The notes below the pieces were generated by a model. It was not told where the DNA came from. It worked only from the letters and a program-made list of their open reading frames with translations, and made no database searches. From Octopus bimaculoides (Eukaryota), in contig NC_069005.1 in the NCBI RefSeq assembly GCF_001194135.2, positions 21,330,495-21,394,494 on the forward strand: a stretch of 64,000 nt of DNA. The letters are read 5' to 3'. Below, one piece after another: positions 1 to 12,300 of this stretch. The first letter of the stretch is position 1. Each line of letters begins with the position of its first letter. Both the position numbers and the translations under genes were made by a program.

Positions 1-43
1 ATATTTAGCAAGGTGAGACACACATAAGAAGGAAGGAAACAAA

Positions 44-88
44 GGACCACTGATGAGGTCACAGAAGTGTGACGAAAGAACTCTGGCC
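44..88 (+). ncRNA. Degenerate hammerhead-like motif (Penelope-type relic)
   Basis: GGACCA-CTGATGA-G(G)TCACA-gaag-TGTGAC-GAAA-G-aa-C-TC-TGGCC. The core is present, but stems I and II each appear to have lost a base and loop III is only 2 nt. Confidence 0.35.
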
Positions 89-252
89 GAAATAAGATTA
101 AGATTAATGTAATATAAAGCTGAAGCAAATTAACACCAAATATACAGTGCGTGTGTTTTTATTGGCTAAACTGGCAATATGACCACCCCCAAGTACAACA
201 ACATCTGTTTCAACACACGATTTCACATCAAAAATCTTGCAAAACAAATATG

Positions 253-283
<31 letters not shown>

Positions 284-1704
284 ATACGACAGTCTTCTAG
301 CAGTTTCTGTCTACCAAATCTACCCACAAGGCTATGGTAGAAGACACTTACCCAAAGTACCAAGCAGTTGAACTGAACTCAGAACCATGTGGTTGAGAAG
401 CAAGCTTCTTACCTCCCAGCCACTCCTGTGCCTCTGTGTGTGTGTGTGTGTGTTTTCCTCTCCTCCACTACTTGACAACTGATGTTGGTTTGTTTATGTC
501 CCCATAAATTAGCATTTCAGTGAAAGAGGATAATAGAATAAGTACCAGACTTACAGAAGTAAGTAGTGGGGCTGATTTGTTTAACAAAGCCCTTGAAGGT
601 GGTGCCCCAGAATGACCGCAGTTCAATGAGTGAAACAAAAGATAGAAGATTATGATTCAAAACTGTTGATCTTTTATTTATTATTCTTTTGTCTGATTCT
701 GTGCTGGGTTTGGATTTCTTCATCTCTACTTCTACATTGTTTTAAAATGTTCAAGTTGCATAGAAAAGATCAAATGTAATATTTTTCATTTATTTTTTAA
801 AAGTTTTTTTTTTTTAAAGAATTATATTATTTGAAGTTTATATAAAGAGTCTTGTCTATGAAAAATTGAGAAAAAGCTTGTATACCTTAGTCTTTTATAT
901 GTTTGTATAGATAAACAAAATTGCTATATTGTATATATTACTTGGGTTGGCGAAGATAAAGTGATAAAAAGACAGACTAGATGGTTTGTTTATAAACTAT
1001 TATAGCTTAATACTTTGTATTTCTGTGTTCCAAATAAAAATATACTGATGTTGATTTTGCTTGTTATTTTCCCAGAGTTGATAAAATAAAGACCAATAAT
1101 ATACTGAGGTTGAAATAATTAAATATACTCATTCCACCTTACCCATTTTATTTGGAGAGATTTATTAATTGGTACACCAGTGAAAGTCTTTTATAACTGC
1201 CACAAGTAAGTATTTTTGTTTTTCAGTTTTCTGTTTTTTTAAACAATTATGCTTATATCATAGATCAAAACATATTACTTCAGGAATTACACTGGTAGAA
1301 AATGAAGTGTTGGTCTCTTGAATCAAAAGTTGTCNNNNNNNNNNNNNNNNNNNNNNNNNNNNNNNNNNNNNNNNNNNNNNNNNNNNNNNNNNNNNNNNNN
1401 NNNNNNNNNNNNNNNNNNNNNNNNNNNNNNNNNNNNNNNNNNNNNNNNNNNNNNNNNNNNNNNNNNNNNNNNNNNNNNNNNNNNNNNNNNNNNNNNNNNN
1501 NNNNNNNNNNNNNNNNNNNNNNNNNNNNNNNNNNNNNNNNNNNNNNNNNNNNNNNNNNNNNNNNNNNNNNNNNNNNNNNNNNNNNNNNNNNNNNNNNNNN
1601 NNNNNNNNNNNNNNNNNNNNNATATGTATATATAAAAGAGACTACTAGGTGGATCTTCTAGCACATTAACAGTCCACCTAGTGGTCTCCTTTATATATAT
1701 ATAT

Positions 1705-1741
<37 letters not shown>

Positions 1742-2499
1742 AATAGATAGACAGATAGATATATAAGGGTAAGATCCAGGCATCCAAGTGTATGAAGTTT
1801 GTAAGTTTCAAGCAGTCTGTGGCAGGTATAGAAAACAAAAAGTGGACAGTGTATGGCCAGGAACAATAACAGTTTATTGGTGTCGAAGGTTGCATACTTT
1901 TTCCCATTTCAAAGTTGTGAGGAAATTCAATAAGCTGAAGATTTTTGTATACCTTATGGTTAGCAACAAGAGTTGCTCTGAGTACCCCTTGAGATGATCA
2001 GCCAGCTAAGAAGCCTATGTAGCATGGATTTTACCTATTCCTTCCTTCAATTATATATAATGTATGTATATTGTATTTCACAACATATGATGTGTGCTTT
2101 TTTTGTTATCAAAATCTGGTTTTACAAACTGCCCTATACATTAGATACATATAGAAGATTATGTTCCTAAATTTTGAATGTATGTTCCTGGATTTTCAAT
2201 TGAACCATCTTTTTACTTTAAAGATTGCATCATTACAATGCATTTGTAAAAGACTGCCAACAGTGGATGCAGGTGGGCAAGTCTATTTTAGAAGATGTAA
2301 TCTGTTAAAATGTATTCTTGTATTTCTGTTTATTTTATTCTGTTTTCCGAGTTACTCTATATTCCCATTTAATTTTACAATATATAAATCAGTACTGGCT
2401 TCTTACATTAAAAATTAGCAGAGAGATAATGGAGGTATTTGGCAACTGCACTGGTTTACTGGTAAATACCTTGCTCTGAATCATGTTCTCAAAGTTGGC

Positions 2500-2646
2500 T
2501 CATGCATTCTCATAAACAACAATTTAGATGGCACTGAAAATGACTTTTTCTATGAAGAAGATTCTGAGAGTAGCAAAGCTTTCTTAGAATTCAAAGATAT
2601 TACTGAATTTTCAGGCTTTGTAGAATGCAGCACTGATGAAGAATGA
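2500..2646 (+). pseudogene. Relic of a pogo/Tc2-type DDE transposase C-terminus
   Basis: Translates INNNLDGTENDFFYEEDSESSKAFLEFKDITEFSGFVECSTDEE*. SNxLDGTEDD followed by an acidic FxGF tail is typical of the end of pogo/Tc2 transposases. Confidence 0.4.
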
Positions 2647-3544
2647 TTTACGATTTATTACATTTTTTTATGAGTTTCCTTCCACTGCATTTTTTTTTTT
2701 AAAACCATGAGGCTTATGATTTTTCCTTTCCATCGCTAGAAATAGCATAGTCCGAGTCAGTTCGTATTCCGAATCTATGCCCTCCTAAATAGATCAGACA
2801 ACTGCTTCTTACTTTTATGTTTCATTTTTGCCTTGCTTTCTATAGCTGGCTGTTCTTCCTACCACCAACCACTTTGAGTGTATGGGATGAATTTTGCACC
2901 AGGTCATGTCTTTTACGAAACTAAAAAGTCCTCTTGTGTCTGCTCATTTGTTAACCCCTTTATAGAGTGTAGTTGATGTATTTTATTATGGCCCTAGTAG
3001 TAACGAAATTGCTACTGTGACATGTTTTTTGCACTTTTTGCTCAAGGAGGTTAATAGAAAAAAGTGTGAAGGTAGAAGAACCTGGATGGATGGGTGAAGA
3101 CAACAAAAATATAAGGTTGTAATCAGAGTGGTTAGAGTTAGAGGGTGATAGAAGAGGAGAGAGAATAGTGAATAATAATAATTGTGGTAAGAGTAAGTGA
3201 TGTGTGTCAATAATAAATGAGGGTTGGACAGTTCAACCAGACCTGGCAAGCTGGAGAGCTGCACCAGGTTCTAATCTGATTTAGCTTGGTTTCTGTGGTT
3301 GGATGCAACTTCTTACTTAATGCCAACCACAGTGTGTGCTGGGTGCTTTTAACATGGCATTGGCATGAGCATATTTATATATATATATATATGTATGTAT
3401 GTATTTTTTTGCATGTATGTGACACTCACTTGATCTCTCTCTCTCACATATTATCTTTCATATACACATACATAAATACATATGCATACATCTTTTTTGT
3501 ATGTATGTGTGCATGTGAGAGAGTGAAATTTATTAGCCTTTTTA

Positions 3545-4075
3545 AATAGGCATCGACAGCTGCTTTGGGAGACTTTGGTACAGGTTTCAATTCTCCACAA
3601 ATATCACAGGATACTAAAGTTGTCTCTCTCACTTCACCAAGCTTAGATGGCCTACATTTGTTGCATTAAGTCTTTAGAGGACTTCCACAAGAACTGCCTC
3701 TTGTGCATCCTGAGAATTATCTGATATGAGCATCATACTGAAATATTCATGAAAACCAAAAATATTGAGGCCACCTGTAATGATTGGGGTATGTGGTGAG
3801 GATACTATGATAGCTGCTTTATCATACAACCGTGGTGTACAGCTAGCTACACCATGGTTGTATGATATAGCCATTCTCAGCAGGAGGGTGGAAGTGGGAA
3901 GTACTCTAAGGATCAAATGAAGAATGCTTTGAGGAAGTGCAAGGTTATACCCGAGAACCTGGAAAATGTTACAGCTGCTTCTGCCACCTAGTGGTAGTTC
4001 TGTGGAGATGGGGTTTATGTGTTGGAGATAGAGAAGACAACTAGGAGACAGAAATGAACCAGCAGAGTTGCAATC
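3545..4075 (+). mobile_element. Decayed RTE-clade LINE, post-RT ORF2 fragment
   Basis: Frameshifted translation gives ...FGRLW..., IKSLEDFHKNCLLCILRII, and KDQMKNALRKCKVIPENLENVTA...GVYVLEIEKTTRRQ, matching RTE/BovB-type C-terminal motifs. Confidence 0.7.
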
Positions 4076-4080
4076 ATAGC

Positions 4081-4367
4081 AAGATCGTTGCCAGTGCCCC
4101 TGGACTGGCTCTTGTGCAGGTGGCACATAAAATACACCATTTTGAGCGTGGCCGTTGCCAGTACTGCCTGACTGGCCTTCATGCGGGTGACACATAAAAG
4201 CACCCACTACACTCTCGGAGTGGTTGGCGTTAGGAAGGGCATCCAGCTGTAGAAACTCTGCCAAATCAGATTGGAGCCTGGTGTAGCCATCTGGTTTCAC
4301 CAGTCCTCAGCCAAATCGTCCAACCCATGCTAGCATGGAAAGCGGATGTTAAACGACGATGGTGATG
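4081..4367 (+). mobile_element. RTE 3'-tail element (family D), ending gcatggaaagcggatgttaaacgacgatg
   Basis: Same sequence as the 3' end of the RTE at 10950-12300. Reverse-orientation copies lie at about 3165-3365, 5940-6180, 7441-7590, 9503-9950, 14022-14150, 22425-22625, 31385-31600, 42695-42875, 48945-49155 and 56770-56855. Confidence 0.75.
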
Positions 4368-4455
4368 TACCACCATCACATAAACATACACCCTATACCT
4401 GCAATAGAGCTTATGGGTCTAGGACAGGACTGTCAGCCCATCAAAGATCTTATTG

Positions 4456-5174
4456 TTAACCCTTTAGCATTTAAACTGGTGGTATCTGGCTCAAATGCTC
4501 TACCTGTTTTATATTCAAACTGACCAGATCTGGTTTCTTACACCCACCATACAACATTTTAAAACTAAGCAACCATGTCATCAAAATACTGAAGCTTGAA
4601 GATAATGTGAGGTAAAGACATTTCCATCTAAATTTGATTGTAAGTACTGTGAAATTTTCAACAACTTTTGCTCTCTTTTTTCAACGTTTGAAGTGGAGAT
4701 TGAATTTTTTAATAATTACTGATATCGCTTCAGCGAGTAGCAGATCCAGTTTTGAAGGAATTTCACTTGAAGATGTAGAAAATGTAGGTAAAAAAAAAAG
4801 AAAAATGAGTGTGGGTAGGGGAATGACAATGACTTGTCTTTGGATGAATTTGATATAGTTGTGTTTGAATTTTTGTCCAGCATGGAAGAGTATTTTGATA
4901 GTGAGAGTGGAGAAAAGCTTCAGAATGCAATTCAAAGTATTATTGATGATCAAAAAATACAGCAACAGTACATAGTCCTGGTTTTATTGAAAACACCCAG
5001 TTGTGAATCATTGATATTTATACACCTACTGACAAAATTCTAAGTCTGCACATAAAAAATCAACAAAGTTACGAACAAATATCGTTGACACCCCTCTTGA
5101 ACATGGTTGATTCAAAACAATGTGAATAAATAGACATTGCATTTGACAGCATAATCTAAATGCTAAATAGTTAA
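4456..5174. mobile_element. MITE P1 with ~490 bp of extra internal sequence (~4610-5100)
   Basis: TTAACCCTTTAGCATTTAAAC at the left and ATGCTAAATAGTTAA at the right; both halves align with the empty ~215-230-bp copies. Confidence 0.65.
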
Positions 5175-6598
5175 GGGAGTCAAGGTTGTCGTTAGATTTC
5201 TGTGGATAGCCAGAAAGAATTTTTTTTGTAGGTAGTTATGAATATGAATAAACAGAGTTGAATATATATCCAACATCATACGACATGACAAGTGATACAT
5301 TAACTATATAGAATAAATGTTATTTGCTGGGTTCAGGAATGCAGTACACTTCAGCCTTTATAGGGTTTTTGAACCTTATATAATAACTTAGTGAATGATG
5401 TTGTCTTAACATTGTCAAAAAACAATGGCTCTAAGCAGAATATTCTTGGTAAACGCATTTCATGAATTATTAGTTCAGGAAATGTATGCACCAGCTTAGC
5501 TAATCTAAATTGATAAAATGCTGATTATTTCTTAAGTAAATGACTAGTTTTGAAATGAAATTGATCAACAATCTAAGTACTTGTCTCATTCGGTATTGTA
5601 TTTTACTTCAGTGACCTGACAAGTGCTTTCAGCATCTGTTGATTATGAGATATACACTAAATACATTAAAATGTGTTCCATATGCATGTGTATGTATGTA
5701 TGTGAACAATATAAACTTGTAGTAGACGGGAGACAAAAAGATAGGCTTGTTATGATTTAGAATGATTTTTTAACAAAAGGACAAAAGAAATGACTACTGA
5801 AGAGAAGTAAATTTGCTGATTGTCTCTCAAGTACCACCAGTATGAGAAATCATCATCATAGCCATCATCATCATCACCATCATCATTATTATTGTAGATA
5901 GCAGGATTGGTGCAGTGCCAGATAAAATGATTTGCAGTAGTTTGTTGCACTACTTTCCATTCATCGTCTATTTTCCATGCTGTCGTGGGTTGGACGGTTT
6001 GACCAGAACTGGTAGCCGAAGAGCTACCCCACGTTTCAGTCTGATTTCACTTGGTTTCTATGGCTGGATGCCCTTTCTAACATCAACCATTTTACAGTGT
6101 GTGTTGGGTGTTTTTAACCAGCACAAGCACTTCTATGTGGAGTCGGCACAAGTGCCTTTTACATGGCACCAGCATGAGTTTAAATCTAACTAAAGTCATC
6201 ATTCTGAGGGTCAGTAATATAAATACTAGTCAGAGAAATATTGGTGGTGGTGGGTGGGGCAATCTAATTAACTTAGTCCCCAACTTATGAAGCCTGGATG
6301 GCCAATGTTAGAAATTATTATTACAATACTCAAGTGTGGTTGATTTACTCTTTTACTTGTTGCAGTCATTTGACTGCTGCCATGCTGGAGCACCGCCCTT
6401 AGTCGAGCAAATCAACCCCAGGATTTATTCTTATCTATCTAGAACTTATTCTATCGGTCGCTTTTGCCGAACCGCTAAGTTACGAGGACATAAACACACC
6501 ACCATCGGTTGTCAAGCGATGTTGGGGGGACAAACACAGACACACAANNNNNNNNNNGGTTGTCAAGCGATGTTGGGGGGACAAACACAGACACACAA

Positions 6599-6653
<55 letters not shown>

Positions 6654-8914
6654 CAACGGTCTTCTTTCAGTTTCCATCTACCAAAGGGCCACGCAGTGGG
6701 ACTGAACCCAGAACCATGTGGCTGGTAAGCAAGCTACTTACCACACAGCCACTCCTGCGCCTACTGCAATTTGTTTGAGTTTTGGGCAAAATGTCTTGTA
6801 GTGCTTAGCTACAACATTTTATGTTCTGGTTTCAACTCTTATTCAACTCAACTTTGTCTTTCATCCTTCCAAGGTTGATGAAATAAAATACCATTCAAAT
6901 ACTGGTTGGGGTGAAGGGCGGGGGTGACCCGATTGACTGACTCCTCTCTTTCCTCAAATCTCTGACTTTGCTCCCATGTTACAAGCAATTATTGTTATGA
7001 CTCTCACATCATCATCAATAAAAATCTGAATCAATTAATGCGGTTGATTTAATTGACTTTATTGTCCCATAAAAATCGTAGCCTTATGCCAATACTGGAA
7101 CTTAATATCATTATGATCCCTATGTTGTCAATGATTGCTACCAATCATTATGGTGAGATAGGTAAATATAGTTATAAAATGGATTTTCTTTGTAATATTT
7201 ATTATGAGAGGAAATTATGAATAATCATTAGTTTTCATAAAAGAGTAAAGTCATGTGATGGAAGATCTGTTGTACAGAAATGTTTTACACTAATAATTTT
7301 GGTATTATATATTTAAAAGCAAGAAAAGATACTCCTAAAAAATAACTATAGAATTTATATTCAGTCAGTATATATATATATATGTTTGGTGGTGGTGTTA
7401 AACCAGGTGACAGATTAAGTCTACTACCCAAGCAGACCATTCATCATCATCATCATCATCGTTTAACGTCCGCTTTCCATGCTAGCATGGGTTGGACGAT
7501 TTGACTGAGGACTGGTGAAACCGGATGGCAACACCAGGCTCCAATCTAAATTTGGCAGAGTTTCTACAGCTGGATGCCCTTCCTAACGCCATTGTGAGGC
7601 TTAAATTCAGAACACAAAGAGGAGAGATGAATAACTTCAAGGCATTCAATTTAACTTTGTTACAGTTTTGCAAATATCCCAGTTCTCTCAGGCTGGTACA
7701 AATGAGCTGGAGGACAACTGAAGACGGCTGGCTATACCAAAAGCAGACATGAAAGCACAATCAGGCCTCTGCATCTTTGGTTCTTGGCAGTAGAACTGGG
7801 TGTGGGTATCGATTATAGCCTTGATGACAACTGACTGTCAGACATGGTCAGCATTCATTAGGGATGTGGCGAACTTGTTGGTTGGAGCTGGTTCAACCCA
7901 CCCTAGGTTTATGCCACTGCAAGTACAAGTTCTGCCAATCCACTGTCCTGGATTAGTATTTTTTCTTATCAATCCCCAGAAGGGTTGTTTTATACACATG
8001 AAATAATGAAAGTATTACAATTCCAGTGTTCCTATCAATTTCAGGATCTTTTCAGAACACTTTTTTATGTTTCCCTGCTGTTTAGTCAAGACCCCCAACT
8101 CAGCACACACAACAAGTATATTATTTTGTGCTGTGTTTTCTCAAAGCACCTATTTACATAGTTAGGTGACTGAGCCAGCAAGCATGATAAATTGTCTTGG
8201 CCATAAATACAGGGAAATACTGGCAATGGGATGTCAACTATCAACCCTTCAGTTATTTGTCCAATGTTTGGCCATCTGTGATGGATAGGTTCAGTAAATA
8301 AAGCAAAACAAATATGATATTATGTAAATAATTTTGCAAGGAACATTTTCAGAAACATTATTCCCTGCTGAACTTGGTGGTATATCTCATTATTTGTTCT
8401 GATATTTAATTTCATTATATATATATTCATTCTCTGGAGATGGCATAACTGGTGATATATAATCAAGTTTAAAGAGAGAGAGAGAGAGAGAGAGAGAGCT
8501 GCATTCCATTTAACTGGGTAATTTGGGACAGTTGTAACAGTGTTTACTACTAGTTGACCTATTTCAATGTATTTTGATTAGTGTGCACCATGTTTATGGA
8601 AGTAGCTGAGGGATTAACGATATTTAGCTTTGGTTATCAGAATTAAAAAGGACAACCCAATAGGAGTATGTTTTAAGCTGGGTGCTCACACTTGAGGGAT
8701 ACTGCTGATGTTTACATCTTTTTAAAGCTGATAGCTATAGTAGACTAGATTAGAATGTTTTATGTTGGTGTTTTACAGATAGTACTTGTACAGGATGTTC
8801 AGGCTAAATTTTACAGTTCACATAAAACGAAAAGAAAATACAATATCCTTGCCGAAAATAAAGTATTTTAAAAATAAACAATATCTATTAGATTATGACT
8901 GGGAGATAAATTTA

Positions 8915-9300
8915 CTCAAAGCAGCTGTCCTCAGCTTCCATTGCAGCCTTAAGGTGGATCTGGGACCTTGGTGCATGTGTTCCTCACTGTTTCCTTGGGA
9001 AGATCTTCAAGCACCCCTTGATCTCTGCCACCAGCTTGGCCTTGGTGTTACTGGTTGAGTAGTTGATGTCTTTCTCAACTGTACCCCACACATAATAATC
9101 CATGGGGTTACAATCAAGAGAATTGGAGGGGGCAGAAATTGGGGTTGGTGAAGTCACATACAAATTCTCCAACAACCACTTCTCACTCTTTCTGGATGTA
9201 TGGCAAGGAGCTGGGTCCTGCTGTCACATACATATGGCCTTCCAGCAACACCCTTTCTAACCAGGAATTGACTGCAATTTCCAGCAGCTTCACATAACCG
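8915..9300 (-). pseudogene. Tc1/mariner-superfamily transposase relic, DD37D (maT)-like catalytic segment
   Basis: Minus strand reads QQDPAPCHTSRKSEKWLLENLY...NSLDCNPMDYYVWGTVEKDIN. Spacing from QQD to NPMD is 38 residues as read, and 37 after removing 3 apparently inserted nt. Confidence 0.75.
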
Positions 9301-9500
9301 TCTGAATTTAGCCTAAGGCTTTGTTAAAAAATGTGGGGATGAATTTTGGCATGCAGGTGCAGTCAGAACAACTTTTGTGTTCCTTCTTGCTGGCCACAGC
9401 TTTGTAGTCTCTGTTGCAACTGTCCATGTCACATCTTGTTGCCTTTACAGTATTCACAGAGCATTGAAGAGCAGTCATGGTGTTGGTATTTTGATACCTA
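9300..9500 (-). mobile_element. RTE LINE fragment related to 62890-63065
   Basis: TVKATRCDMDSCNRDYKAVASK here versus TVKAVRCDMNSCNRDYETVASK at ~63000-63065; the DNA aligns directly (ctggccacag...gcctttacag). Confidence 0.6.
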
Positions 9501-9502
9501 GC

Positions 9503-9950
9503 ATGAATCATCATCATCATCGTTTAACGTCCGCTTTCCATNNNNNNNNNNNNNNNNNNNNNNNNNNNNNNNNNNNNNNNNNNNNNNNNNNNNNNNNNNN
9601 NNNNNNNNNNNNNNNNNNNNNNNNNNNNNNNNNNNNNNNNNNNNNNNNNNNNNNNNNNNNNNNNNNNNNNNNNNNNNNNNNNNNNNNNNNNNNNNNNGAC
9701 TGAGGACTGGTAAAACCAGATGGCTAAACCAGGCTCCAATCTGATTTGGCAGAGTTTCTACAGCTGGATGCCCTTCTTAACGCCAACCACTCAGAGAGTG
9801 TAGTGGGTGCTTTTACGTGCCACCGGCATGAAGGCCAGTCAGGCGGTACTGGCAACGGCCACGCTCAAAATGGTGTATTTTATGTGCCACCCACACAAGA
9901 GCCAGTCCAGGGGCACTGGCAATGGTCTCGCTCGAAAGTCCTTACACATG
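9503..9950 (-). mobile_element. Family D RTE 3'-tail copy (spans an N gap)
   Basis: Begins catcatcatcatcgtttaacgtccgctttcca; near-identical to 4081-4367 in reverse and to 7441-7590. Confidence 0.75.
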
Positions 9951-10949
9951 CCATGGGCACAAGTGCCAGAAAGGCGACGCTGGGCACAGGTGCCATCACA
10001 AATTCGCTTTCATGATACAGGTAACTCTATTCTAGTACTCAGATGGCTTCCAGTCCTCCATGTTAATTAACTTTTTCTCAACTACAACTTTATTTTTTAT
10101 GTTCTCCAATGCCATTAACTGTTCTCCAATACATCCTGAAAAAACAAGACATAAAAAAAAAATTGTCATATTTAGCTTGACCTCACTCCCTGTAGAAGTT
10201 GCATAAATGTTGCAATGTTTAGAACAGTGATAAAGTGTGTGAGAGAATTATTGATGCAAGCATGGCTGTTTGGTTAAGAAGTGTCAGGCACTCCATTTAT
10301 TGTCAACTCCTGCCGAATGGAGGCCTGGGCAAGCCATGGCAGATATGCAACACACGCACGCACGCACTCTGAAATACAGTTATACCACTTTGTAATTACC
10401 ATTAGTATTTTAATGCACCAGTATTTCTGTGTTAATATAATTTAGATGGCTTGCATACTAAAACCTTTGTAATAATTCTCATTATCTAATCTGTGTGATC
10501 TAACATTTTCAGATCTCAGTTCTCCTCTACTTTCTTTCCATGTTTGTTGTAGTTTATCTGTCACAGTCTTCATTGTGAAACAACAGCACTTTCTTGTTTT
10601 ACTTAGCATGTACTGTGCATTCTTATTACATGTTCGTAGCAAGACAACTGTTTCTCTTGTAGTAATAATCACTGTTGCTTATCTTTTATGTCTAACTGCC
10701 TTCTCAATTCATATATTTAATTCATATCCAAATGGGTGAACAATAGCCATTGGTTAGAGGCTTCCAATTGACTAATCACTGGTTCATTGCATTTCTGACA
10801 CTGACTTTATCTGTAATTTGATCTAAATCAACTATCTCAAGGGTTATGCCAGATTAACCATTAAGCAAAACAACCATGTGCTCAGGGTGTCAATTGAAGT
10901 GGGGCACGCAGAAATGGTAAATGGTTTATGACACAAAAGAAATCACTTT

Positions 10950-12300
10950 CATCATTATAATCATCGTTTAACGTCTGCCTTCCATGCTGGCATGGGTGGG
11001 ACGGTTTGACAAGAGCTGACCAGGTAGAAGCTTGCACCAGACTTCTATAACTGTTTTGGTAGGATTTTTACAGCTGGATGCACTTCCTAACACCAACCAC
11101 TCAGCAGAGTGGACTCAGTACATTTTATGTGGCACAAGCACAGGTGAAGTCAGTTTTGGCAAAGCTTTTACAGCTGGATGCTCTTCCAAATGCTAACCAC
11201 TTTACTGTGTGGACTGGGTGCATTTAAGTGGAACCTGCACTGACAGGGTCACCAAGTACTTGCAAGACAAAAAAAAAAACTCTTTTGAGAGGGGAGGGGG
11301 CATTGGAGGACGTGATCTTGTGTTGGATGATGAAAGGTTATAGTGGGGAAGAGAGACAAAAACAGGTGTCTTGCTGTAGAGGAGGTACAAGGTTACCTGG
11401 CCAGAGAGAGAGAGATCAGGAATGAAGACAGAAACAGATGCGCTGCTGCAAAGGAAATACATGATCACCCAACCTGAGGGAAATGCAGAAGGAGAGAGAG
11501 AGAGAGAGAGGGAGACAGCAGGATAGAGATGGTGGCAAAGTGCCGGGCGTACACAATAATATAGTGTGACAGGACATGGGTGGAACACACAAGTTGGAAG
11601 CTAGCAGATGGTAATGATACTGTGGCACAGGGCCTAGAGGACAGGATTGGGGAGTGGGAAGTAAGCCTAGTGCATGAAGTGGAAATGTGAGGAAGAGAAG
11701 AGATGTTTGTTGTGGTAGAGTGTGTGAGAAATTTTCTTGTCAAGTTTGGGTGGGACACACAGCGCTTCTAGAACTTGATTTTGCTGATGTGGGCAGGGTC
11801 TTCTCAAGAACTTCATATCACCAGGCATCTCGGTCCATCGTCATTTCCTCCATGAGGCCCAACATCCTGAGATCAGTCCTTACCACTTCGTCCCACGTCT
11901 TCCTGGGTCTCTCTCTTCCATGGGTACCATCTACTTTCAGTGATCGGCACTTCTTTATGTAGCTGTCTTTATTCATACGCATCACATGTCCAAACCAACA
12001 TAGTCTTCTCTTTCGCATGCTACATTTGACTCCTCTTATGCCCAACTTTTCTCTCAATACATTTGCACTTTGTCGTACATGTGCACTGATGTTGCACATC
12101 CAACGGAGCATACTACCTTCATTTCTCTCCAGTCTGCGCATGTCTTCTGCATTCAGAGCTCACACATCAATATGGTATTGCTCCAACATTTCAGTCATCT
12201 CCCCACCTCTTCCATTCATTGTGCCAACACTGATGGTAGCGGCCCTGAGATTGAGTACTTGGGAGTGGTTGTGGCAAAGTAGTTGCGGAAATTTTGTCAT
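10950..12300 (-). mobile_element. Internally deleted RTE LINE: APE endonuclease N-terminus fused to ORF2 C-terminus, plus long 3'UTR and (GAT)n tail
   Basis: LRAATISVGTMNGRGGEMTEMLEQYHIDV (RTE APE start) is joined in frame at ~12160 to ALNAEDMRRLERNEGSMLRWMCNI...RRLCWFGHVMRM...GRERPRKTWDEVVRTDL (RTE C-terminus). The family D tail is at 10950-11230. Confidence 0.85.

Noticed and set aside
1076-1205. Exon suggested by an upstream AG and a GTAAGT at 1206
   Set aside because: All frames contain stops and the 5' part is a decayed SINE B core; at best a UTR exon, with no support.
3674-4300. 208-aa minus-strand ORF
   Set aside because: It is the antisense reading of an RTE relic plus a family D repeat; the recognisable protein motifs are on the + strand.
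6500-6600. Direct duplications flanking N gaps (6548, 15040, 22231, 43679, 49571)
   Set aside because: Near-identical sequence on both sides of a gap is the signature of unmerged contig overlaps, so these are probably assembly artefacts rather than biological repeats.
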